From a virus, in IMG/VR virus record IMGVR_UViG_3300032246_001180, positions 64,001 through 128,000 of that record: a stretch of DNA of 64,000 nt, one strand, 5' to 3'. Under the pieces are notes generated by a model. That model saw only the letters and a list, made by a program, of their open reading frames with translations. It was not told the DNA's origin and searched no databases. How positions within the stretch are numbered: the first letter of the stretch is position 1; every line of letters starts with the position of its first letter. Position numbers and translations under genes: made by a program. Below, piece by piece: positions 1 to 8,632 of the stretch.

Positions 1-634
1 TGTTCCGTTTACAGAAGACTTGACACCGAAACCACAAGACCCTTATGGTATTGCTAAATGGGGTACAGAACTTTTGCTTAAGAATTTGGCAGATGTTCAC
101 GGTATTGAATTGGTGATTGCCGTACCACATAATATTATTGGACCTCGTCAAAAGTATGATGACCCATTCCGAAATGTGGCTAGTATTATGATTAATTTGA
201 TGTTGCAAAATAGGCAACCAATCATCTATGCTGACGGTTCACAGACTAGGTGCTTCTCCGACATATCAGATGACGTAGATTGTCTAGTAGAGTTTGCAGA
301 GAATCCTAAGGCGGTTGGAGAGATTTTTAACATAGGTCCTGATGAGAATCCAGTAACAATTATTGAACTTGCACAGACAGTTGCCAAATTACTTAATTTT
401 AATTTAGATCCGGTATTCATGCCAGGTCGTCCACAGGAAGTTAAACACGCCAACTGTTCTGCTGATAAAATTAGAGAATATTTTGGATATGAAACGAAAA
501 CCACGTTGGAACAGTCTTTACAAAAACAAATCGACTATATCCAAAGGCGTGGAACTAAGCCATTTCTGTATCATTTAGACTTAGAAATTGTTTCAGATAA
601 AACACCAAAAACTTGGACCCAAAAAATGTTTTAA
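1..634 (+). CDS. NAD-dependent nucleotide-sugar epimerase/dehydratase (5'-truncated by window edge)
   Basis: SDR YxxxK motif (PYGIAK), NIIGPRQ, GSQTRCF, FNIG, typical of extended SDRs. Confidence 0.9.
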   Translation, partial: VPFTEDLTPKPQDPYGIAKWGTELLLKNLADVHGIELVIAVPHNIIGPRQKYDDPFRNVASIMINLMLQNRQPIIYADGSQTRCFSDISDDVDCLVEFAENPKAVGEIFNIGPDENPVTIIELAQTVAKLLNFNLDPVFMPGRPQEVKHANCSADKIREYFGYETKTTLEQSLQKQIDYIQRRGTKPFLYHLDLEIVSDKTPKTWTQKMF

Positions 635-707
635 AAAACCGAACAATTGGGCGACTATGTATCTAACCCAATTTTTCTAAGGTTTGATTGTGAAACTTTG
701 GATGTTG

Positions 708-715
708 TATAAATA
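708..715 (+). promoter_or_regulatory. T4-type late promoter TATAAATA
   Basis: Exact gp55 consensus in an intergenic gap before virion-type genes; gp33 is encoded in the window. Confidence 0.8.
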
Positions 716-775
716 GTACAACCCATGTAGTATTCTAGCGACCATAGTGTGTTGCAAATCTAGTAAGGAAAACTA

Positions 776-1966
776 ATGTTGACATTTAAAACGTATTTGA
801 CTGAGGAAGCCGAAGAAGGTTCCCAACTTAAACATATCCACCATGCGGAAGATAGACCGTTGATGCATGGCCATGCTGGTTTCGAACACGCATTTGATGC
901 TTTACACAAAGCACACGAACACATTAAATCTGGCCAAAAAAGTTCGAACCTAACAATGAAGTATGATGGTTCTCCTTCACTCGTTTTTGGTCATCATCCT
1001 AAGAATGGTAAATTCTTTGTCGCATCTAAATCTGCTTTCAACAAAAATCCAAAGATTAATCATACAGAAAAAGATATTGACAAGAACCACGGCCACGCTC
1101 CTGGTCTTGCAAAAGCACTCAAACACGCACTTAAGCATTTACCAAAAGTAACACCTAAACATGGTGTTTATCAAGGTGACCTGATGCATCATGCAGAAAC
1201 AAAGACTTTGCATGAAGAATATATTGCAGAAGCCAAAGGTGATGTTTCATTCACACCAAACACTATCACCTATACTGCAAAAGGCGAAACAGCAAAGAAG
1301 GTTAAAAACTCAAAAGTAGGTGTTGTTGTTCATCACAAATATGATGATGAAATGAAACACGCTTCACCTAAAGTTGACCATGAAAATTTCAAACAACATA
1401 AAGATGTTCATATTCATGGTGCAGAACACGACACAAGCAAAGTAAAACATTCAGCTGAAAACGAATCAGGTTTTCACAAGCATATGTCTGCCGCCAAAGA
1501 AATACATGATACACATGGCCACAAGATGTATGATTCCGTTCACCCAAAACACTCAGGTGAAACTGGCCACCTATCAACCTACATAAACAAGACCGTGCGA
1601 CATGATGAGGTTCCATCTGTGAAAGGATTTAAAGAACATCTGAAAGACGTACATGAAAAGGCAGCTTCTAAAGTTAAAACAGAAAAGGCCAAGTCAGAAA
1701 AAACTGGTGAGGGCGCCAAACAAGTTGCCCACGTTGAGAAACACAAAGCACATTATGGTAATTTATTGACTATGCATCATCATTTACATCAAGCAAAGAA
1801 TCACTTAGTTAAATCATTAGAAACACATGAAGGTGATTATGAGCATCATATTGAAGGTAAGAAATCAAAGCCAGAAGGATTCGTTGTACATCACAACAAT
1901 GAACCTACTAAGTTGGTCAACCGTGCAGAATTTGCCAAACAAAATCTGTTAAAAGTCCGCAAATGA
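776..1966 (+). CDS. His-rich putative internal head protein with RNA/DNA-ligase-type nucleotidyltransferase motifs (resembles DUF6267, from recall)
   Basis: N-terminal MLTFKTYLTEE (capsid-targeting-like); KYDGS, YQGDL, EGFVV and KLV motifs; about 53 His in 396 aa. Confidence 0.6.
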   Translation: MLTFKTYLTEEAEEGSQLKHIHHAEDRPLMHGHAGFEHAFDALHKAHEHIKSGQKSSNLTMKYDGSPSLVFGHHPKNGKFFVASKSAFNKNPKINHTEKDIDKNHGHAPGLAKALKHALKHLPKVTPKHGVYQGDLMHHAETKTLHEEYIAEAKGDVSFTPNTITYTAKGETAKKVKNSKVGVVVHHKYDDEMKHASPKVDHENFKQHKDVHIHGAEHDTSKVKHSAENESGFHKHMSAAKEIHDTHGHKMYDSVHPKHSGETGHLSTYINKTVRHDEVPSVKGFKEHLKDVHEKAASKVKTEKAKSEKTGEGAKQVAHVEKHKAHYGNLLTMHHHLHQAKNHLVKSLETHEGDYEHHIEGKKSKPEGFVVHHNNEPTKLVNRAEFAKQNLLKVRK

Positions 1967-3732
1967 AATCGTTTCTACAGTTAGTTGAAGAACAAAAATC
2001 TGGTGAGAATCACCATGTTATGACGTTTGGTCGTATGAATCCTCCTACGACCGGACATTTGAAATTAATCAATAAAGTTAAAGATGTTGCTAAAAAGCAA
2101 GGCGCTTCACATTCTGTAGTGGTATCTCATTCTCAAGATGCAAAGAAAAATCCCCTATCAGGTGAACAAAAAGTTAAACACCTGAAAAGATATGCACCAG
2201 ATACAAATGTTGAATCTTCTTCAAAAGAACATCCTACAATCATGCACCATGCTGAGAAGTTACACAAAAAAGGTGTAACTCATCTTCATGTTGTTGCTGG
2301 TTCGGACCGTGTTAAAGAATACCATGACCTATTACACAAGTATAATGGTAAACCAAACAAAGAAGGTCATGTACCATATCACTTCAAAAAAATAACTGTA
2401 CATTCAGCAGGACACCGTGATCCGGACGCTGAGGGTTCTGAAGGTATGTCTGGCACCAAGATGCGTGAACACGCCAAGAGTAAGAACTTTAAAGAGTTTA
2501 GAAAAGGTGTTCCTGGTCACGTTTCAGATGAACACGCAAAAGAACTCATGCATGATACTAGAAAAGGTATGGGTCTGCATGAGAATCATTATCATGGAAT
2601 GTTCAAAGCAATTTTTGTAACAGGCGGTCCTGGTTCTGGCAAAGATGTTGTCATTCGTGAGTCGATTGCTGTAGCAAATGCAGTAGAACTAAACGCTGTT
2701 CAAGCATACGACTATTTGGCTGACAAACAAAAGTTGTCTGAAAAAACTGATGACTTCCGCAGAGAAGCAATTCGCAACCGTGGTCCGTTGGTTATTAATA
2801 GTCCTGCGGACGATGTACAGAGAATTAGTTACATCAAAGAAGAATTGGAAGAACTTGGATACGACACCATGATGGTGTTCGTTAACACAACAGATGCTGC
2901 AAGCAAAGAAAGAAACACCAAACTTTCTCGCATGATGGTTGAATCTATCCGCCACGAAAAGTGGTTAAAATCGCAGAAAAACAAAGAACTTTTTACAGAA
3001 TCTTTTTCCACTTTTGTTGAATTCGATAACAATCAAACAATCGACCAAATTGAGGAAGATATTACTGACACTTACAAGAATATAAATAGGTTCGTAAGTA
3101 ATGAAATGCATAGTGAATTGGCTTCAGATTGGTTTGTAAGACGCAATAAATTAAATATATTTGAGGAAAAAAATGTTAAAAGCTCTACTGGATTTTCTAA
3201 AATTAAAACCTCGGGTAACCGAGCAGAAGGACCCTGTGATATCCCAGCCGACAATCGTGCCGGAGCCACAGACACCGGTGACGATATCCGTGGAAACACC
3301 TATCCAAGAAAATATCCAAACAAAACCTACACGTTCAAAACCTACAGCGAAGAAGCAAAGCTTAAAGTCAACCCCAGCCCCAAAGAAAGCAACTTCTCCA
3401 GGGACAAGGAAAAAGACAAAGTAAAGAATAAAAGATTCGTTGATGCACCTACAGTAAATCAACGAATCAGAAATACAGATGGAATTGGTCCACAATTCGA
3501 TACACGCCAACAGGGAACAGTATATCCTATGTCAGGTCTAGGCGATGTAACATATAAAGAACAAAAAGAATTTAGTAGTTTTAAAAAATTTAGAGAAGCT
3601 ATTGACGATCCAGGTGCCTGTGATATGGGTGTTGGTGGAACTCTAGGTGGCGCTACTAATAAAGAACCAATGCAATCGTATAAAGATGCAGATAGAAACA
3701 TCGGTATTCAAATTAAGAAGAAAAAGAAATAG
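1963..3732 (+). CDS. Cytidylyltransferase-like (HxGH-class) nucleotidyltransferase fused to a degenerate P-loop kinase-like domain; putative virion protein
   Basis: FGRMNPPTTGH, VAGSDRV, MSGTKMR; then FKAIFVTGGPGSGKD; N-terminal MKSFLQLVEE. Confidence 0.75.
   Translation: MKSFLQLVEEQKSGENHHVMTFGRMNPPTTGHLKLINKVKDVAKKQGASHSVVVSHSQDAKKNPLSGEQKVKHLKRYAPDTNVESSSKEHPTIMHHAEKLHKKGVTHLHVVAGSDRVKEYHDLLHKYNGKPNKEGHVPYHFKKITVHSAGHRDPDAEGSEGMSGTKMREHAKSKNFKEFRKGVPGHVSDEHAKELMHDTRKGMGLHENHYHGMFKAIFVTGGPGSGKDVVIRESIAVANAVELNAVQAYDYLADKQKLSEKTDDFRREAIRNRGPLVINSPADDVQRISYIKEELEELGYDTMMVFVNTTDAASKERNTKLSRMMVESIRHEKWLKSQKNKELFTESFSTFVEFDNNQTIDQIEEDITDTYKNINRFVSNEMHSELASDWFVRRNKLNIFEEKNVKSSTGFSKIKTSGNRAEGPCDIPADNRAGATDTGDDIRGNTYPRKYPNKTYTFKTYSEEAKLKVNPSPKESNFSRDKEKDKVKNKRFVDAPTVNQRIRNTDGIGPQFDTRQQGTVYPMSGLGDVTYKEQKEFSSFKKFREAIDDPGACDMGVGGTLGGATNKEPMQSYKDADRNIGIQIKKKKK
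3081..3088 (+). promoter_or_regulatory. Intragenic T4-type late promoter TATAAATA
   Basis: Exact consensus about 85 nt upstream of an out-of-frame ATG with GAGG SD. Confidence 0.5.
3173..3424 (+). CDS. Overprinted 83-aa Pro/Thr/Lys-rich protein nested in another frame of 1963..3732
   Basis: GAGG SD 6 nt before ATG; upstream TATAAATA; amphipathic N-terminus MLKALLDFLKLK and basic tail. Confidence 0.5.
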   Translation: MLKALLDFLKLKPRVTEQKDPVISQPTIVPEPQTPVTISVETPIQENIQTKPTRSKPTAKKQSLKSTPAPKKATSPGTRKKTK

Positions 3733-3741
3733 GAGAACTCA

Positions 3742-5145
3742 ATGTTTGTAAAAAATAATAAACTAGCCTCTATAGCATCTGCTGTCAGCGAAGTTATGGA
3801 AGCATCACCAGTAAAAATCCAAACTCCAACAGGAACAAGAGTTCTTGGTACACGTTATGGAAATTCTGCTAAAGCACACCATGACCAAGTAGCTGATCCG
3901 TTTGCTGGTCATAAAGGTCCTGCTAAGAAAGATTTAGAAGACATCGAGAAACCAAAGAAAAAACAAGAGAGTTTTTCTGCTTTCACAAACAAATTACTCA
4001 ATAATTTACAAGAAGATAAAAAAATTCAAAAACAAATTGATGAAGTTCTTAAAAAAGACGCATCAGCTGGCGATTGGATTCACGATTTTGTACATTCGGA
4101 CAATCCTAAATTTGCAGGTAAATCTAAAGCTGAACGCAAGAAAATGGCTCTTGGTGCTTATTATGCGAAACAAAATGAAGAAGCTGATGCTGATTTAGAT
4201 TTGAAAAATAGAAAAGACGAAAGAGAAGAAACCAATGCTATAAAGTCCATCAAAGCTAAAGCAACAGAAAAAGACCAAAAGATTGATAACTTTGATCCAA
4301 AATATGGCAAACCAAATGCCTTTGGCGAAGAAGTTGAACAACAAGACGAAGCTTTGATTGGCAATCAGAAAAAAATTGATAAGAACCATAATAACAAAAT
4401 TGATGCACAAGATTTTAAAATTCTTCGTGGTAAAAAGAAAGCAAATGAAGAAATAGAACAAGCCGATGAAGCTGTTCGTGTTTTTGACATTTCTAAGTCA
4501 GCTGCTGGTGTAAAACCAAAAACTCCTGAGGACCGCAACAAAGCTGCTGCTGTGGTCAAAGCTGCAAGAGCAAACAAACCAACAAACAATTATACTGGTA
4601 AATCTATTATTGGTGCTGGTTCAGTTGGCACAGGTCAACGTCAAGCTGGACAAACAGCATCACATATTGCTGTTAAAGAAGAAGAAGAATTGGACGAATC
4701 AGTAACAAGAAAACATTTCCAACAAGTTGCTGATTTAATTAAGACACATGATAATTCAGCAAAGCGTAAAGAATTAGCAAGCCATCATGCTGAAATTTTC
4801 AAACAACAGAATCCTCGTTTTGACCATGCCAAGTTTATGAAAGCTTGTAATGTAAATGAAGAAACTGTTGGTGAAACTTTAAATCCTGCAAAAAAAACTA
4901 TCGATACATTGGCTGGTCGTAGCAAAAAAGTTCCAAAAGATGCACAGATGGATAATGGCCATGCTTCTGCAAAAACAGAATTAAAAGTTGAAGAAAAAGA
5001 TGTTCCATTTGATGGACCATATACAAAAAAAACACCAGATTCGATTAAAGATAAATCTGGTGCAACGCACACACCTATGTCCCGTGCCAAACATTTAGCT
5101 CAAACAGCACTCAAAAAAATCAAAAGTGATTTGAAAGTTAAGTGA
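3742..5145 (+). CDS. Putative internal head polyprotein (Lys/Glu-rich)
   Basis: Short modules separated by many xEE/LxE sites; EF-hand-like DKNHNNKIDAQD; late gene context. Confidence 0.5.
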   Translation: MFVKNNKLASIASAVSEVMEASPVKIQTPTGTRVLGTRYGNSAKAHHDQVADPFAGHKGPAKKDLEDIEKPKKKQESFSAFTNKLLNNLQEDKKIQKQIDEVLKKDASAGDWIHDFVHSDNPKFAGKSKAERKKMALGAYYAKQNEEADADLDLKNRKDEREETNAIKSIKAKATEKDQKIDNFDPKYGKPNAFGEEVEQQDEALIGNQKKIDKNHNNKIDAQDFKILRGKKKANEEIEQADEAVRVFDISKSAAGVKPKTPEDRNKAAAVVKAARANKPTNNYTGKSIIGAGSVGTGQRQAGQTASHIAVKEEEELDESVTRKHFQQVADLIKTHDNSAKRKELASHHAEIFKQQNPRFDHAKFMKACNVNEETVGETLNPAKKTIDTLAGRSKKVPKDAQMDNGHASAKTELKVEEKDVPFDGPYTKKTPDSIKDKSGATHTPMSRAKHLAQTALKKIKSDLKVK

Positions 5146-5146
5146 G

Positions 5147-6160
5147 ATGGAAACTTCTAAAAAATTAAAGCAGTTAATTAAACCTAACATTAATGAAGGT
5201 GCTCTAGAACAGTACCTTATGGCGAAAGGTATCAATCCAAAGTTTGTTTCTACACAAACTAAGATATCTCATGCTAAGTCATCTGCTTTTATAAAGTGGA
5301 AGCAAGACCACATGATGGAATCAACAGACAAGAAAGATACAGTAGTCTTAGATATTCCATTATTGATTCGTGTATTAGAATTGGCCAGAGAAGATATCAA
5401 AACGGATATGGACTTACACCGTGTGGTTGAGAAACTAATCTCAATACGCACCAAAGGTGTTTTGACTATGGATGATTATAATACGATTGCCAATATCAAA
5501 GAGAATCACATTGCAATCGCTATGGGTAAGATGCTTGATGATGAAGGCAGCATGATTCTTGACCAGATGGACCAATTAGAACGTGCAATCACAATGATTC
5601 GTACTTATGTTGGTAAAGACTATGAGAAACAATTGCCTGCATGGGTTCAGTCTAAGATAACACTTGCAACAGATTATGTCGATACTGTTGGTAACTATTT
5701 GTCCAGTAAAAATGAAGAAGTAGTTTCAGAAGTTAGTTCTGAACTATTAGACCGTTACAAAGAAAAAGCTAAGAAGTCTGCTGATGAGTTAACATCTAAA
5801 GGTCAACATAAGAAGTCCACAGACCGTTGGATGGGTGTTATGAAAGCGACCGGTAAACAAATTGAAAAGACTACTGCAAATATTAAAAAAACTTTAGGTA
5901 AAGAAGAAGTGGTTTATGAAACCAAAAAAGATGATGGTTATACAAAATCAGCAAGAATGATTAAAGCCATATATGGAAAGTTACCTAAAACAAAAACTTT
6001 AGATACAAAAAACAACGTGGGCGATAAAGCTCAAGCGGCAGCCGTTCTTACTGGTGGCAAAACATTAACAGGTCAAACTAGAGATACTTTAGAAATTGAT
6101 CCTGTAATGCGTAAAGGTGACCCGTTAGAACTTCAAAAACAACAGAAAAAATTAAGATAA
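5147..6160 (+). CDS. Hypothetical virion-associated protein
   Basis: Long ORF with modular Glu-delimited segments in the late cluster. Confidence 0.5.
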   Translation: METSKKLKQLIKPNINEGALEQYLMAKGINPKFVSTQTKISHAKSSAFIKWKQDHMMESTDKKDTVVLDIPLLIRVLELAREDIKTDMDLHRVVEKLISIRTKGVLTMDDYNTIANIKENHIAIAMGKMLDDEGSMILDQMDQLERAITMIRTYVGKDYEKQLPAWVQSKITLATDYVDTVGNYLSSKNEEVVSEVSSELLDRYKEKAKKSADELTSKGQHKKSTDRWMGVMKATGKQIEKTTANIKKTLGKEEVVYETKKDDGYTKSARMIKAIYGKLPKTKTLDTKNNVGDKAQAAAVLTGGKTLTGQTRDTLEIDPVMRKGDPLELQKQQKKLR

Positions 6161-6197
6161 ATAGATACATAACCCGAGGTTAATCAAGGAGAACAAA

Positions 6198-6851
6198 ATG
6201 CCATTATGGGGAAACACAGACGCAGCGAACAACAAGCCACACTTCTCAAATCTAAGAGAAGTTACGCCAGTTGCTTCGTTCATCACAGCTAATGCAACTG
6301 CCATTGGTGCAAACGGTATCACGTTTACATCCAATGCAAACTTTTCAGTTCTAGCAGCTGGAATGTTTGTTTATTCAAACGATGCTAATAACGCTATTTC
6401 TAGGTCTAATAAAGATTTAAGTGTTATTGACGGAAATGAAATGAGTTTTTGGAAATCAAATAATACAATTACTCAAATCGATACCGCAAACTCAAAGATT
6501 TTAATTAGAAACAATGCAATGTTTACTTTAGCTACTGGTTCAACAGTTGCTGTAGGTAATGCCATTTCTTATCATACCAACACAATCGCAGTTAATGCTG
6601 CGAACGATGTTATCTTGGTAACTGCAACTCGTATGGCCAATACATCAGGTACAACTGGTGCGGGCGGTTCAAACGTTGCTAATACTAAATTAGGTGCCAT
6701 AAATCAAGGTTGGAATAGAATCACTCGTAAGATTAATTCTGATGGTACTATTCGTTTCTTAAAAGAAACTTTAGTTGCTCTCGCTAACGTACAAGCTTCT
6801 AACACTAGTTCCGCTAACACTTCGGCTAATGCTATTTTTGGTGGCGTATAA
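6198..6851 (+). CDS. Putative structural protein (Asn/Ala/Thr-rich)
   Basis: MPLWG N-terminus and GW...R.K.ETLVA C-terminus recurrent in T4-like virion proteins; AGGAG SD. Confidence 0.55.
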   Translation: MPLWGNTDAANNKPHFSNLREVTPVASFITANATAIGANGITFTSNANFSVLAAGMFVYSNDANNAISRSNKDLSVIDGNEMSFWKSNNTITQIDTANSKILIRNNAMFTLATGSTVAVGNAISYHTNTIAVNAANDVILVTATRMANTSGTTGAGGSNVANTKLGAINQGWNRITRKINSDGTIRFLKETLVALANVQASNTSSANTSANAIFGGV

Positions 6852-6877
6852 GTATAGTTAGTTGCTGACGTAAACCG

Positions 6878-6954
6878 ACCTTGCGGACAAACTATCCAGG
6901 GAATTCATAATCCCATATGGCGACTGGATACAAACCCGCAAGGTTTTTGTTTTT
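6878..6954 (+). other. Intergenic stem-loop with inner helix, ending in a U-rich tract (terminator or structured RNA)
   Basis: ACCTTGCGG/CCGCAAGGT and TATCCAG/CTGGATA pairings, then TTTTGTTTTT. Confidence 0.55.
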
Positions 6955-6975
6955 ATAGGATTGAATAATAAAAAA

Positions 6976-7365
6976 ATGATATTTGATGAATTGAATGAAG
7001 ATAATTTCATGATATATGCAATGAAGTGCTATAACTCGCCTCATTGTATTATGTCAGAATTTGAAAGCGATATTAAAAGAACTAAGTATCTAAAACGATT
7101 ATTTCGTAGGTACAAAATAACTAAATCTTTGAAAGAAAGATTGATATTGAATCACATCATTTTATTAAATAATGTTTTTGGACCGGTGCATACACCGAGA
7201 ATATTATTTTATAAAACTGATGAGAGGGATTACGATATACTGAAAACGTTTTTATCGTATCTTAATATTATGCCAGATGAAGTTAAAGGAATCAGGGGTA
7301 AAAATCTTCATATCTCTGATATACCGTTAGAACCTAATGTTGTAGAGATATTAAGACGTATATGA
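6976..7365 (+). CDS. Conserved T4-like hypothetical protein
   Basis: MIFDELNEDNF..YAMK.Y..P and LKERLILNHII.L.NVFG, a recurrent T4-like family. Confidence 0.7.
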   Translation: MIFDELNEDNFMIYAMKCYNSPHCIMSEFESDIKRTKYLKRLFRRYKITKSLKERLILNHIILLNNVFGPVHTPRILFYKTDERDYDILKTFLSYLNIMPDEVKGIRGKNLHISDIPLEPNVVEILRRI

Positions 7366-7805
7366 AAACTTTTAAAAAATTCTTAGAAGAAAATTGTTGT
7401 TGTGTTACCGCTTTGGAAAAAGGTTTAAAGAAGTTAGATAATCACGACTATGATTCAATTAATAAATTGATGATGAGTATTTCTAAAAAAAATAACATTA
7501 CAGGTAAAGAATTACACGATGATTTCGTGGCCAAACACGGAAAAACTCCAGATGATTGGATTAAACAAGGTTTAAAAGAAGATTTAAGAAAATGGTTTAA
7601 ACAAAAGTGGGTTCGTATGGACACCAAAGGTAATATTAAAGGTGATTGTGCTAGAGAACCTGGTGAAGGTAAACCAAAGTGTTTACCTCAAGCAAAAGCT
7701 CATGCAATTGGTAAAGATGCTCGTGCTTCTGCTGCTCGGAGAAAACGCAGGGAAGATCCAAATCCAGAACGTCATGGTGCACCAATCAATGTCAGGACAA
7801 AATAA
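7362..7805 (+). CDS. Putative internal head protein
   Basis: MKTFKKFLEE capsid-targeting-like start; basic C-terminal module LRKWFKQKWV..C..KPKCLP. Confidence 0.6.
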   Translation: MKTFKKFLEENCCCVTALEKGLKKLDNHDYDSINKLMMSISKKNNITGKELHDDFVAKHGKTPDDWIKQGLKEDLRKWFKQKWVRMDTKGNIKGDCAREPGEGKPKCLPQAKAHAIGKDARASAARRKRREDPNPERHGAPINVRTK

Positions 7806-7806
7806 T

Positions 7807-8388
7807 ATGAAAACACTAAAACAATTTAAAGAAGAAGTTGAAAATTTAGAAGAAAAAAATGTTCCTACTAGTCCAGAAAAATGGGCTGCTGCAAAAGCCG
7901 CAGCTAAATCAAAATTTGCTGTATATCCTTCTGCCTATGCAAATGGCTGGGCATCTAAGAAATATAAAGCAATGGGTGGTGGTTGGAAAAGTGTTAGTGA
8001 AGAACTTGAAGAATTGTTTGATATCATTGAAGAAATGGTTGAAGAATCTGCACTAAAACATAATGTTGATCCAGAATCAATTTGGAAAGAACTTGAACAA
8101 GTATCAGACGAAGAATTATATGAGTCTGCTGCATGGCAAAGAGCAGCAGGTAAAGACCCTAAAGGCGGCCTAAATCGTAAAGGTATTGCCTCATATCGTG
8201 CAGAACATCCTGGTTCCAAACTGTCCATGGCAGTTACAACAAAACCGTCTAAATTAAAACCCGGATCGAAGGCAGCTAAACGTAGAAAATCTTTCTGTGC
8301 TCGTATGGGTGGCATGGAAGGACCTATGAAAAAACCAAATGGTAAACCAACTCGTAAAGCATTAGCTTTAAGAAAATGGAATTGTTAA
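7807..8388 (+). CDS. Putative internal head protein (basic modules)
   Basis: MKTLKQFKEE start (true start probably 7807, not 7642); YPSAYANGW and RRKSFCARM..WNC modules. Confidence 0.65.
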   Translation: MKTLKQFKEEVENLEEKNVPTSPEKWAAAKAAAKSKFAVYPSAYANGWASKKYKAMGGGWKSVSEELEELFDIIEEMVEESALKHNVDPESIWKELEQVSDEELYESAAWQRAAGKDPKGGLNRKGIASYRAEHPGSKLSMAVTTKPSKLKPGSKAAKRRKSFCARMGGMEGPMKKPNGKPTRKALALRKWNC

Positions 8389-8624
8389 TGAAAACACTAA
8401 AACAATTTAAAGAATCGTGCTGGCCTGGATATAAACGTAAAAAAGGCACACAAGAATTTGCAAAAGGTAGTTGTGTTAAAGAAGATGGTGCTGTTGCAGG
8501 TCCCACTAACGCTGTTGGTGGTGGCGCAATTGCTGGATCTGGTGGCCGTGGTGGAGAACCAGGTGTTAGTAAAAAAAGAACACCTATAATGTTATCTATG
8601 GCTAAAAGAAAACCTCCTCAATAA
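8388..8624 (+). CDS. Small putative internal head protein
   Basis: MKTLKQFKES; first 27 nt identical to those of the 7807 gene. Confidence 0.6.
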   Translation: MKTLKQFKESCWPGYKRKKGTQEFAKGSCVKEDGAVAGPTNAVGGGAIAGSGGRGGEPGVSKKRTPIMLSMAKRKPPQ

Positions 8625-8632
8625 AATTCTAA

